A stretch of DNA of 64,000 nt from Alphaproteobacteria bacterium (GTDB lineage Bacteria > Pseudomonadota > Alphaproteobacteria > UBA828), in the NCBI GenBank assembly GCA_963422645.2, contig CAXXVO010000002.1, positions 32,001-96,000 of the forward strand, written 5' to 3'. The translations under genes and the position numbers were made by a program. Positions 30,105-40,390 of the stretch are shown piece after piece. Below the pieces are notes generated by a model. That model ran no database searches. It was not told the DNA's origin and saw only the letters and a list, made by a program, of their open reading frames with translations. How positions within the stretch are numbered: position 1 is the stretch's first letter; every line of letters starts with the position of its first letter.

Positions 30105-31972
30105 GGGGATGACGATGCGTTCGGCATAGACCCGCACGTCGACGGGTCTCGCCGAGCGCGGCGGTACAAGAAGCCCGCGTCCAGCGCGTTCGACAGGAGC
30201 CGCCAGGCCAGCACATAGCGGCTCGCCCAGTCCATGATCGTCACTAGCCCGACTTATTCGTGGGACGCCGCGTTTATCGGTTAAGTTCGAGCGCGCAGGG
30301 GTTGGCGTTCGGCGCCATTTCGGTGCCGGGATCTGAAGTTTTCGGTGTCGGGGTTGGGGGTTGAAGGGTCTCGGGTTCGCGGGGCACGGCGCCCCGGCGA
30401 TCAGGGGCCCGAGGCGGCGAGGCGCCCGGCCAGCAGGCGGAACAGGGCGGCGTCGGGACAGGCCGAAGCGAAGTGGATGCGGATGCGGGCGGCCCTCTCG
30501 ACGACGCGGGCGCCGATCTTGAGCAGGCTTTTCCTGAGGGTCGCGAACTCGGCCCAGGCGAGCGGCATCCTGCGGGGCACGGCATCGCGCAGGGCGAGCA
30601 TCAGCCAGTAGGCCGCGGTGTGCAGGACCAGCCTGAACTGGTTGGCGAGCGGGCTCTGGCAGGAGGTCCGGTCCGAGGCGAGCTGGCCCTTGTGCAGCTT
30701 GATGAGGTTTTCCGCCTGTCCGCGGGCGCAGTAAATATCTTCATAGAGATGGCGGGCGTCACCGCCGAGCGAGGTGACGATGTAGCGGGCGTCGAAGCCG
30801 CGCGCGGTGGCCTCCAGCCGGGCGACGACCCGGCGTTCGCGGTTCCACGAACCGGCGGCGTAGTCGAAGGCGGCGAAGCTCCGCATCTTTTCGGCGCCGG
30901 CCTCGGCGCGGCGCACCTTGAGGTCGTCGGCGACGCCGTATGCGAAGCGGTGCAGCACGGGATTGCCCGCCAGGCCGAAGATGTAGTCGACGCCGTTCTC
31001 CTCGCACCACGCCATGGCCTCGGTCCGGCCGTAGTGGCTGTCCCCCCGGAATGTGAGCCGGGTGCGCGGCCAGTGCCGGCGGATGCGCCGCACCAGGTGC
31101 TTGAGGAGGATGCGGACCTCGGCGCCCGACGGCGTCTTGCCGGGGCGCAGGAGAACCGCCACCGGCTTGCCGCTCTCGACATGGTAGACGTGCACCGGCA
31201 GGAAGCACCGCGTGTCGTAAAAGGCGTTGAACAGCGACAGCTGTTGATGGCCGTGCACCGCGTCGCAGGTGTCGTCGATGTCGAGCGTGATCGCCGCGGG
31301 CGGGCTCGGGAAGGAGCGGCAGAAGATATCGACCAGGGCAGCCGTCATGCGCGCCACCTCGCTGCGCGAGGGCGCGTTCTCCAGCCGACTCATGGTGGGT
31401 TGGGAACAGAGATCGCGGCCGCTCTCCGGCGCCCGGCCCACGGCCAGTTTGAAGAGGGGATCGCCGCGCAGGGCGTCGCAGTCGTCGGCATCCTCATATC
31501 CGCAGGCGATCGCGAACATGCGGAAGCGAAGCATCGCCGGCAGCGTGTGGACCACCCGCTCCGGGTCGCGCCACTCCCGGATGCAGCCCGCCAGCGCCTC
31601 GGCCAGGCCGAGCCGGCGCTCCGCCGCGCGCAGCAGCACCAGCCCGCCGTCCGACGAGATCGACCCGCCCGCGAAATCGGCGGTTACCTTCTTGCGTTGT
31701 ACGGCTGGAAGATCGAACGGGAGAAGAGTATCTTCGGTCATGGCGGCGTGGCGCTTTCGTGGCTTCGGCAGAAATGCGCTGGGAAACGAATTTCTACCCG
31801 ATGCCAACGACTTACGCCACGTTCGCCATCACATCCTCTCGCCGTGACGCATAATGCGGGCTAGGTAGAGGAAGCCGCGGCAAACCGGGATGTAGGTGAT
31901 GTCGCTGCGCCAGACATGGTTCGGTCGCTCGATGTCCAGGCCTCGCAGCAGATACGGGTAAACCGTATCACC
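30105..31972 (-). pseudogene. IS3-family orfB fragment split by IS1380
   Basis: YPYLLRGLDIERPNHVWRSDITYIP...GFLYL | VTIMDWASRYVLAW rejoins across a CTAG duplication. Confidence 0.8.
30248..31860 (-). mobile_element. IS1380-family element; transposase at 30401-31741
   Basis: CCCG termini and CTAG TSD. SSDGGL.LL, GYEDADD, SQPTMSRLEN, LDIDDT, RGDS, RGQAENLIK. Confidence 0.93.
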
Positions 31973-31973
31973 T

Positions 31974-33260
31974 TCAATGGATGATCGCGGCAAGCCGCTC
32001 CTGCAACCCCTCAAATGCCAGATCGTTCATGAATTGCCGTCGCCAGAGTAAACTTTGATCAGCCTCGCTGATTTGAGCCTCGGTACAGACCGCGTCCCAG
32101 TTGGCCGCGATCGCTGCGATCTGGTCCTTCATGATCGCCAGCGCGCGTTCGTCCGTGAGAAGGAACTTGTTGGCGGCGGCGAGGCAGAGCGACAGTTGGC
32201 TGCGGCGCTCGCGTCCGTGGATCTGCATGGCCTGCGAGGCTTCGCGTCCGGTCCTCGATTGTGGGCAAATGTCGTAGGCCGGCGTGAGTGCAAGACTGGC
32301 GCCGTCCCAGAAGGCGGCGTGGTTCCGGGCATGGTCGTCCGTGTTGCCGACAAGAATATTGAAGGTCATGCGCGCGAAAAGTTCCTTCAGCATCTCGGCC
32401 GGAGCGGTGAAGCGCGCCCGGACGATGTCGGCGAGCGCTTCGTAGGACGCGTGGGCTGCGAAGCGCTCGTCGAGGCCGAGCAGGGTCAACGCGGAAACCA
32501 TGGCAAGCCGCTTCCAGCCGCCCTCCGCAGGCTCCCGGTCGAAGCGCCGGATCAGGAGAACATCTTTGTTCATCGCCCGCACGAGCTCGACCGGCGCAAC
32601 ATTTAGGCCGACAGTGCTCGCGAGGCGCATGGCGATGAACTCGGCCTTGACGACGCTGAAGGTGTCGGTCGACGAGGAGAATTTCGCGACATACTTGATG
32701 TCGCCGTCCCGGATGAGCGCCTTCGGCCTCGCTCCCCCGATCGCCGTGCCGTGCTGCAATGCCTCGGCCAGGTCGGGCGCCAGCGGCAGGCCCCGATCGA
32801 CGCGGTCGGCCGAATCCAGCATGCGTTCGAGCGTTTCGTGGTCGGCCTCGCGGGGAACGTAGTCCCTGGGAGAAGCCTGAAAGTCGAGCGCCCCGGTGCG
32901 GTCGGAGCCGGACTGGAGCATGAAGGTGAGCTCGTCGAGGTCGGCAATCTCACTGGCCTCGCCACCCGCTCCGGCGAGGCGATGAGCGATCACCCGGCGC
33001 CCCCAGGCATCCGGCGAGGCGTCGCGTAGGGCATTGGCGATCTCGAGTGGCGGTTCGGGCACGATGGCGCCGGCGCGCAAGGGCAATTCGGGCGCATAGA
33101 CCGGGATCGCGTCTTTCCTGGTCAGATACGAACGACCATAGGTGAAGACGAAGTGATCGTCTTCGGCGTGAATGCGGCCTGCGACCACGGGCACGGTCTT
33201 GCCTGGCAGCCATATCCAGACGAAAGCCTCGCGCGGCCGGGAGGCGTCAGAAGTCATCAT
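31974..33260 (-). CDS. hipA: HipA-family Ser/Thr kinase toxin
   Basis: Couple_hipA N-terminus (F.YG.SY, PELPL, DASPDAWG), GGARPK, RRFDR, GNTDDHARN, LTPAYD. Confidence 0.92.
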   Translation of the reverse strand: MMTSDASRPREAFVWIWLPGKTVPVVAGRIHAEDDHFVFTYGRSYLTRKDAIPVYAPELPLRAGAIVPEPPLEIANALRDASPDAWGRRVIAHRLAGAGGEASEIADLDELTFMLQSGSDRTGALDFQASPRDYVPREADHETLERMLDSADRVDRGLPLAPDLAEALQHGTAIGGARPKALIRDGDIKYVAKFSSSTDTFSVVKAEFIAMRLASTVGLNVAPVELVRAMNKDVLLIRRFDREPAEGGWKRLAMVSALTLLGLDERFAAHASYEALADIVRARFTAPAEMLKELFARMTFNILVGNTDDHARNHAAFWDGASLALTPAYDICPQSRTGREASQAMQIHGRERRSQLSLCLAAANKFLLTDERALAIMKDQIAAIAANWDAVCTEAQISEADQSLLWRRQFMNDLAFEGLQERLAAIIH

Positions 33261-33582
33261 CGACCTCGCGCCGGGACTTGCGGATCGAGCCCGGCATCAG
33301 GGCGAGCTTGTCGTCGGTCCGCTCAAGTTGCGGCGCGAGTGTCGTCGCCTCCGGAACGAACAGATCGACGCCGGTAAGGGTGGCGGCTTCCAGCACTAGG
33401 CCGATCGCGACCGAGGGATTGCCTTTCTCGATGAGCTGCAACGTACTTCGGGCCACTCCGATACGGGCCGCGAGATCGGTTTCGGACATGCGCCGGCGCT
33501 TCCGGGCGAGCCTGACCTGCTTGCCCAGGAGAAGGAGCGCCTCTTCGGTAAGGCGCGAGTAGGAGCGCGGTGTGCTCGGCAT
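33247..33582 (-). CDS. hipB: XRE-family HTH antitoxin (HipB-like)
   Basis: VRLARKRRRMSETDLAARIGVARSTLQLIEKG. Overlaps the hipA start. Confidence 0.85.
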   Translation of the reverse strand: MPSTPRSYSRLTEEALLLLGKQVRLARKRRRMSETDLAARIGVARSTLQLIEKGNPSVAIGLVLEAATLTGVDLFVPEATTLAPQLERTDDKLALMPGSIRKSRREVDDDF

Positions 33583-33592
33583 GGCAAAATGC

Positions 33593-33640
33593 TGACTGAT
33601 TTATCGGTCACTAATCTATATGTGACCGTGTCACTGGTCA
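33593..33640 (-). promoter_or_regulatory. Two 18-bp TGAC(C/T)-N8-GGTCA operators upstream of hipB
   Basis: TGACTGATTTATCGGTCA (33593-33610) and TGACCGTGTCACTGGTCA (33623-33640). Confidence 0.7.
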
Positions 33641-33794
33641 AACGGAATTAGATACCGTTGCCTCCGCAGTCTGCCCCGCCACGCTCCGGGACGTGTCGAA
33701 ACGCAGGTTCCGGCCCAGCCATACCCCGCAGGTCGGTATGTCTCCGTCGGCCGACGGGTCCATCCGCTCCGTCGACTCGGCTATTGGGGAGCTT

Positions 33795-34074
33795 CTATGC
33801 AATTTCCCCCAGTCGATTTTCGGCCGGGTCGCAGGTCGTTTGTCGGATACGGCTGGCAAGCGGCAACTGACGCAGACGCTCCACAACTGTAGTCGTCGGC
33901 GCGCCAAGATCAATTGTCGCGAAACGGATAAGATGTCCCTGAATCTCGGCGGCCTCGTCCACATCGAACTTGATGGCGGGATAGAGAAGCATGCCTTCCG
34001 AATTTAGCGAGCGCGGGTCATCACTGCGTTCCTGGCTGCGAAGGTAGGAATAGAGCTGGTAGATGTGGCTAGTC
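33795..34074 (-). pseudogene. mcrC: C-terminal remnant of McrC (modified-cytosine restriction)
   Basis: HIYQLYSYL...EGMLLYP...IRFATIDL. Cut exactly at the TCAGAC IS end. Confidence 0.7.
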
Positions 34075-35008
34075 TCAGACTTCCTGACCTCGTGATGCTG
34101 GCTGTTCTGGGCAGCGTGCCGGGAACTCCTTGAATTCTGATACATTTCGGTTGTTTCAGGCGGTTTTTCGCTGGGTGTCGCGCCCGAGGTCTGATATTAT
34201 AATTTGATACCAATTGCACGGGGTCTCAACCATGCCCAGTACCCTCCCAATGTGCCCTCCAGAGGCGGTCTCGATCGGCAACAGCTGCTTCGCCGTCCTG
34301 ATCTCGGACGACACCTTCACCTACTTTTCCAACCTCATTCCCTTTGACAGCCACGCCGCCGATGACCGCACGGCCATGCTCTTGCGGATCGGCCGCCTCG
34401 CGGCGATCAGCGCGGTCTCGCCGCAGGAACTGGCTGACGCTTTCGCTGTCTCGCGCGCGACGGTGCAGCGCGCACGACGGCGCTACCTGGCCGAGGGCGA
34501 AGCGGGGTTCATGAAGCCCCGGCGCGGTCGCGGGCCGTCGGTGTTCACTCCGGAGTTGGCGGAGAAGGCGACGGCGTTGCTGGCATCGGGCCTGAGCGGC
34601 TCTGCGGCGGCCCGGGTTCTCGGCGTGTCAGCGCCATCGGTCAACAAGTGGCGCCGTCAGGGACTGATCGGCAACACGGAGGCGGATGGGGAGCCCGGAC
34701 GCTCAGCGCTGGCTGCGCCGCCTGACGCGGGTGCGGCTCCTGAAGGCCGTGTCGATGAAGAGAGTACCGGTGCCCCGGGGCCGGAGACGGCGCCGGGGCT
34801 GGAAGCGCAGCCGCAAACGGATCGCAGCGCGCGCGATCGGCGGGACCGGCAGGCGCCGATGGGGCGTGCGACTTGCGATGTTCCGGCTCGGGTTCTGGCC
34901 AGTTGTGGACAGGCGGGGCCGGTCGAACCGCAGTTCGCCGCCGCCGCCCGCGGTGTCCGCTTCGGCGGCGTGCTCGCCGCCCTGCCGGCCCTGCTGAAGG
35001 AAGGTCTC
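34075..35008 (+). mobile_element. Left end and 5' half of an unclassified transposase with two HTH motifs (ORF starts 34232)
   Basis: ELADAFAVSRATVQR...Y..EGEAGF and SAAARVLGVSAPSVNKW, then GGVLAALPALL, truncated. Confidence 0.6.
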
Positions 35009-35221
35009 TGCCCGCGCCCGGTAGTACCAGCGCTCGATCGTCGAGGCCGCAAAGCGCACCGGCCCCTTGCCCGACGGGTGCTCCCAGTCGCGCTGCGACA
35101 GACGCTCGAACTCGGCCCCCAGCTGGCCTGCAGGCGGCGGTGAAGCCAGAAGCGGCCCCACCACCGCAAAGCGCAGCCGGGCCCACTTCTCGCGCCTGGC
35201 GCCTGCGTCGTCCTTGTCCAT
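35009..35221 (-). pseudogene. N-terminus of an IS481/Mu-like DDE transposase
   Basis: WARLRFAVVGPLLASPP..GQL...W.HP......FAASTIERWYY. Fused head-on to the previous fragment. Confidence 0.6.
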
Positions 35222-35270
35222 TCCGGCATCCCTCCCTCGCCGCATCGGAGAGATGCCCATGTAGAACGCC

Positions 35271-35888
35271 CTATCCGGGCGTGACAGGAACACTTTCTGC
35301 GGGCGGCGCCGAGCCATCGCCGAGCCCGCAATAGCCCGTCCACGGCTTGAACCAGATCAGGCTCAGGAACAGACGCTCACCGAAGCGTCCGCCCCGCATC
35401 TGCCGCAGCACGAAGAGCAGCGGCACCTCCTCGGGTGGCATCACCAGTTCGCCACGCTTCGCTCCCCAGGGCTCCGTCGCCGGGAACGCCTCCAGCCACC
35501 ACTTCCGCCAGCGGCGCAGTGTGGCGACCGAGACCCCCCACTTCCGCTTGATCGTCTGCAACCGCACCCCGCCTCTCAGAACCAGTGCACTCAACAGAAC
35601 GAACAGGGCGCCCAGATAAAAGCGGCGCCCGAAGAATCGTACCGATGGTGGGGTCGCTCGCAGGCGGCAATCCGCGCAGCAGAAGCTGAACCGCCGCGTG
35701 CCCTCTTCCCTCAACTCGGCTGCCAGACCGTACGGCTTGCGCGGATACGTCGCGCTGTGCAGCTTGCCGGGGCAGTGTCGGCAGCCCGCCTCGCGGCAGC
35801 GCGCCGCCTCGGCCTCATCGACCTCGCGCAGCCAGGCCCAGACCAGGGCGTTGCAAAGCATGGAGTGGCGGAAAATGTTGTGCGACAT
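35271..35888 (-). CDS. Cys-rich Zn-finger/HTH accessory protein of the transposon
   Basis: CRHCPGKLH...[34 protein letters not shown]. Lies between the TG end (36038) and the transposase. Confidence 0.6.
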   Translation of the reverse strand: MSHNIFRHSMLCNALVWAWLREVDEAEAARCREAGCRHCPGKLHSATYPRKPYGLAAELREEGTRRFSFCCADCRLRATPPSVRFFGRRFYLGALFVLLSALVLRGGVRLQTIKRKWGVSVATLRRWRKWWLEAFPATEPWGAKRGELVMPPEEVPLLFVLRQMRGGRFGERLFLSLIWFKPWTGYCGLGDGSAPPAESVPVTPG

Positions 35889-36038
35889 TGGGGCCGTCTC
35901 TGGCGATTGTGACCGTCACCACGAGACAAAGCCCCCCGGCGAACTTCTTGCAAGTTCGCCGAGGGGCACCCGCCCCAAAACCTCAACAAATCCGAGCGGA
36001 TCAGGCCCCGATCCCCGCTGAAAGACCGCGCGCGCTCA

Positions 36039-37084
36039 TCGGCACGTTCAGGACGCGGAACCGGGCTGCAAGGCAGGGCCGCAACCCGGCGACGGGCGAG
36101 AGTGTGCGGATACCGGCGTCGAAGGTACCGTCGTTCAAGGCGGCAAAAGGTCTCAGGGAGGCGGTGAAACGGGGCTGGCAACCGGATGCGGCGGTGCCCG
36201 GGGATGACGGCGATGGCGAGCCCGGCAACTCAGGCGCGATGCTGGAGATGTCGGACTGGCCGGGCGGCGTGGAGCCGGTCTGGACCCTGTTGGAGCCGGA
36301 GAGCGCCCGGGCGCTGCGGACGGAACCGGCGGCGGATAACCCGACACTGCGGCTGGCGGCGGACCTGCCGGACGAGGCGTTCGCAGAATCGGCCTTCGTG
36401 CGCAATGCCCTGATCGCGCTCGAACTGATAAGCAACGAGTTCTTGCCGAGGTTCACCGAGAAGGGGCATTTCGGGCGCGAGATGGTCGCGTCGATGCGCG
36501 AGGCGATGACCTGGCCGGGAATGGAGGCGACCGAGCAGTTCCGGACGGGAAAGGCGCTGCGTGAGGGAGACGTCTGGGAGCTTCACCTGCTGCATCGGCT
36601 GATGGACCTGGCCGGGCTCATGGACGGGCAGGCGTTCCTGGGCCAGTTGACCGCGTTGGGGCGCGAGATGCGCGAACCCGGACGACGGGGCGCCCTCCAG
36701 GCGCTGCTGTTCAGACACCTCTTCTGGCGCGCGGACCTCTCGGAGTTCGTGGAGACGTTTCCGCGAGGGCTGCCGGGCCGGTGGCCGCAGGACGATACCG
36801 GCGTGATCCTCTGGGGGCTCTCGAACGTGGCCGGAGAGTGGCAGAGCGCGGACACGCTCAGGACGCTGACCACGGTTCGCGACGATTCTGTGGCGGGACT
36901 GCACTGGAACGCGGAGGGCACGATGTTCGCGGGCCGCGTTCTGCAACCTTTGCGCTGGTTCGGGCTGCTCGAATACCACGGGCCTCCGGAGAGGTTCGAG
37001 GTGGGCTGGCGCAAGACCCCCCTCTTCGACCGCTTCCTGTCGTTCGATGTGAGGCTCGCGAAGGACCGGGGGACGGGTCACTGA
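36039..37084 (+). pseudogene. HU/IHF domain fused to a ~300-aa unknown domain; 5' end removed by the transposon end
   Basis: [42 protein letters not shown], followed in frame by a long helical domain. Confidence 0.7.
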
Positions 37085-37332
37085 GCGCGCATTGCCGGGA
37101 GGACGGCCGCACCGCGCGGGGGTGATCGAGGTGTCGGGCCTGGGTGCAGGTTGCTGCGATGGCTGCGGCAGCGGCACAGGGTTCGCACGGGCCGATGATG
37201 GATCGCCCCGTATGAGGCGCGTGGCCGCCGCCGTCTCTCCGCGCACCGAAGACGAGGGATGGGCGGTTCTTACGGGGCTGCCGATCTCTCCCGTACGGAA
37301 TCGGTCCGCGCCGACCGGCCGGCGTGGAAGCG

Positions 37333-39426
37333 CTAGGCCTCGTTGGGAAGGTTGAGGGAGGAGACGCGCATCCGCTTCCTCCGTTCGAAGAAGATCGGGA
37401 GATCGGCGCGAGCCGCGGGGCCGGACGGCTCGCCGCCGGCGAGAGCGGTGAGCAGGGACAGCGCGGGGTAGTCCTCGATTTCGAGCTCGTCTCTCGGCCA
37501 GTCGTCGTCGAGGATGCGCACCCCCTGAGCGAATCCTCGCGCCCAGGTCGTCAGCTCGCCGTCGCCGAGAGCGGCGAGCGCGTCCGCGGCGAAGCCGCTC
37601 TCTCCGATACCGCGGTCGAACTCGTTGTGGCGCTCCGGTGCGCGGCGCAGGAACTCCCCGGTCCCCTCGCCGCCGATGCCCCGGACCCCGTCCGCGAGCG
37701 CGTGCAGCCATTCCGCGGGACGGGGCTCCCGGGGCGCGAGCACCGCGGCCGCGACGTAGCCGTCGAGCCAGGCCAGCGAAGCAGCGCAATGCAGGTCCCC
37801 CTCCGGCCACGCCGCCGCCTCGGCAAGGGCGGCCAACGGGTCCGGACGCCCTGCGTCGCCGGCGCGAAGCCGGCGTTCCTCCTCGTGCCAGACGTCGACG
37901 GTGGCGAGGAAGATGCTATCCATGATCGGGATGCCCTTGAGCGCGCGTCCGTCGAGCAGGGCCGAGGCCACGGCGGCGAAGGAGCGCCAGTCGGCGTCGC
38001 CGGCGGCCTTCAGGACATGGGCGGCGCGCAGCACGAGAAGGGCCCAGTCGCCGCGCCTCTCTTCGAGGCGCGCCCGGAAAGCTTCGAGCGTCTGCCGTGG
38101 ACCGTCAGCGGCCTTCAGCGATTCGTCCAGCAGCGCCGTGCCCTCGAACCATGTGTCCATGATCGGCCGGTCGTCGGGCCACGCAGAGCTGCGGCGGATC
38201 AGCTCGTCCCGCTCCGCGTCGGGCAGGCCGGCGATCGCGCCTCCCGGGTCGAGTTCCGTGAGCCAGTCGGGCGCCGTCATCGCCCGCGGGCGCAGCTCGG
38301 AAAGGCCAAAGCCGGCGGCGACGTCGATCAGATAGGCCGGTGGAGGCCGCCCTTCGGCAAGTCCGTCCGCGAGCGCGGCGGAAAGCGCGGTCTCGAAGGC
38401 TTCGAACGGTACGTCGAGCGCCCCCAGCTCGTCCTCCAGGTTGCACGCGGCACTCAGGGCTTCGTCGTCCCGGAAGATGCGCGCGATGGTGACGCCGTGG
38501 CCGGCCTTGACCACCACCACCGCGCAAGCGGGTCCGTCCGCAGGGTCGAGCATGGCGGCGAGATGCTGCATGCTCGAGCCGGCCGGCAGGGCGGCGAGGA
38601 AACGCGTCGGACGGCCCGCGGGGCGCGCCATCGGGTGGAAGCGGCCCCGCAGCCGGGTCTCGCGCAGGGCGGTATCCAGCAAGGGACGCGCGGAATCCGC
38701 CGGCATCCAGTTCCGGATGAGCGGCACGAGCGCCGGCAGGGCGGGCTCCATGGCGTCGCCCCGCACCCGGCCGGAGAGGCCGCTGGCGGCCGCCAGGCGA
38801 ACCTCGGGCGAGCGGTCCAGCAGCCAGTAGAGGGCGGCGCGGCCGTACCGCTCCTCTTCGCGCCCCGAAACATGGTGGACGAAGGTCGGCCTGAACTCGG
38901 ACGGAAGGACCGCCATCAGGTTGGCGAGGAGGTCGTGCAGCAGATGATCGTCGCCGCCCGCATGGCGCGCGAGACGGTCGATCTCCCCGTCCAGCAGGCC
39001 GGGAAACGCGGCAAGCGCCTGGCCGGTGCCGGGTTCGCCGGCGAAGATCGGGAAGAGGCATTCCGGCGCATCCAGGCCTGCGCGGATGAAGGCGCGTGCC
39101 AGACCGAGCGCGGCGTGGTCCGGGAGGTCGCCGCGGGCGGCCAGGGTATCGATGGCGCCGCGCGCCTCGGCGAGGAAGGGCTCGCCGAAGCGGCGTCGGT
39201 TCTCGGCATCGCGTTGCGCCCGTTCGACCAGGACCCCGAACAGGTCGAGCGGAGCGTTGCGCTCCGAGTCCGCGGTCCGCGCGATGCGGGCGGCGAGCAT
39301 GGAAGCCATGCCCGTCCTGCCGAGAAGCACCGGCGCGTGCTGCTCCGCCAGCTCCCTTCGGTCGAGGAAGTCGTCGAAGCCGTCGAGCTCGTCGAGGCAG
39401 GCTTGCAGAAGATCGGCTTCGGGCAT
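37333..39426 (-). CDS. Large helical protein with a C-terminal UPF0149/YecA-like domain
   Basis: Host-like codon usage from MPEADLLQ. C-terminal LDGYVAAAVLAP...PAEWL and WARGF.QG. Confidence 0.6.
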   Translation of the reverse strand: MPEADLLQACLDELDGFDDFLDRRELAEQHAPVLLGRTGMASMLAARIARTADSERNAPLDLFGVLVERAQRDAENRRRFGEPFLAEARGAIDTLAARGDLPDHAALGLARAFIRAGLDAPECLFPIFAGEPGTGQALAAFPGLLDGEIDRLARHAGGDDHLLHDLLANLMAVLPSEFRPTFVHHVSGREEERYGRAALYWLLDRSPEVRLAAASGLSGRVRGDAMEPALPALVPLIRNWMPADSARPLLDTALRETRLRGRFHPMARPAGRPTRFLAALPAGSSMQHLAAMLDPADGPACAVVVVKAGHGVTIARIFRDDEALSAACNLEDELGALDVPFEAFETALSAALADGLAEGRPPPAYLIDVAAGFGLSELRPRAMTAPDWLTELDPGGAIAGLPDAERDELIRRSSAWPDDRPIMDTWFEGTALLDESLKAADGPRQTLEAFRARLEERRGDWALLVLRAAHVLKAAGDADWRSFAAVASALLDGRALKGIPIMDSIFLATVDVWHEEERRLRAGDAGRPDPLAALAEAAAWPEGDLHCAASLAWLDGYVAAAVLAPREPRPAEWLHALADGVRGIGGEGTGEFLRRAPERHNEFDRGIGESGFAADALAALGDGELTTWARGFAQGVRILDDDWPRDELEIEDYPALSLLTALAGGEPSGPAARADLPIFFERRKRMRVSSLNLPNEA

Positions 39427-40390
39427 GGTCGTGTCCGGGATAGAGGGCTGATGCCGGGGATCGAGACGCATCGTGCCATGGCGAGCCCGGTCGTTGAAGA
39501 CGGCAGGGAGAGACGAAGAGGCGGCGGGGCGCCCGCAGCGGACACCCCGCCGACGGTGGATCAGCGGCGCCGGGCGTCGACGAAAATGCCCGCCGCGTAG
39601 CTCCCCCACATTTGCATGCCCGAGTCCGTCAGGTTGACCCCGGTGCAGACGATGACCTCGTGGCGCTCGGGCCGCAGCCGCTGAACGGCCCGCAAGCTCA
39701 TCGCCTTGCGCGCCTGCTTGCGTCCGCCCTTCGATCCCTTGCCGGGCCGCCAGGGCCGGATCTGGCCCTAGTAGTCGGACAGGTACCGCTCGACCACGTA
39801 GCGCTGGTCATCGAGCCCTTGCCCGAACAGGTGGGTGAGGTAGGTTCGGGCGTTTCCATGGAGTGTGCCGTTGATCTGCATGTGCCGCCTCCCGCTAGCC
39901 TGTGAGTGGAAGCGGCGAGGACGCCTCTCGCCGGACGCCGCACGCCGCGCCCCGCTTCAGGCCGGGCTCTCCCTCCTGCCGGCGTGAGGGCGCCGGCGCG
40001 GAGCAAGGATCGTGATGCGGGTTGAAGGCGGGGGGCCGCACGCCGCCGGGCCGGGCGGCCCTGCGGCGCCGCCGAGGCCCGGATGGGCGACGGCATGGCT
40101 GGGCCGTGCGCGGCTGCGGAGGACGGGGCGGCGATCCCGCTGCCGGGGTTTCCGCGGGCTTTTGAGGTCAGGAGTGGTCTGGAGTTTACTTCGGGGTGGT
40201 TACTGGGTGATTATTTTCCTCGTTCCGGCGTCGGGCGCACGCTCGTGTCTTCTCCCAAGCTATTGAAATGAAATGGTTATGCGCGACGGCGCGCCCAACC
40301 GTGTTGGTGGTGAGAAATGCGGGCTAGGCGTACGGGGCAATGCGCGTCGCGTGTGCCGCCGCGGGTCGCAATCCTGGAGAGGCGTCGGGG

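Noticed and set aside
37082-37092. TGAGCGCGC as a fourth transposon end
   Set aside because: It coincides with a stop codon, lacks the internal conserved segment and truncates nothing.
39612-40100. ORFs between the UPF0149 gene and the M23 gene
   Set aside because: No recognisable motifs in any frame. Probably degraded sequence.
40230-40327. Possible orphan IS end (GAGAAATGCGGG-CTAG) at the island boundary
   Set aside because: It resembles the IS1380 end at 31860, but no transposase or partner end is evident.
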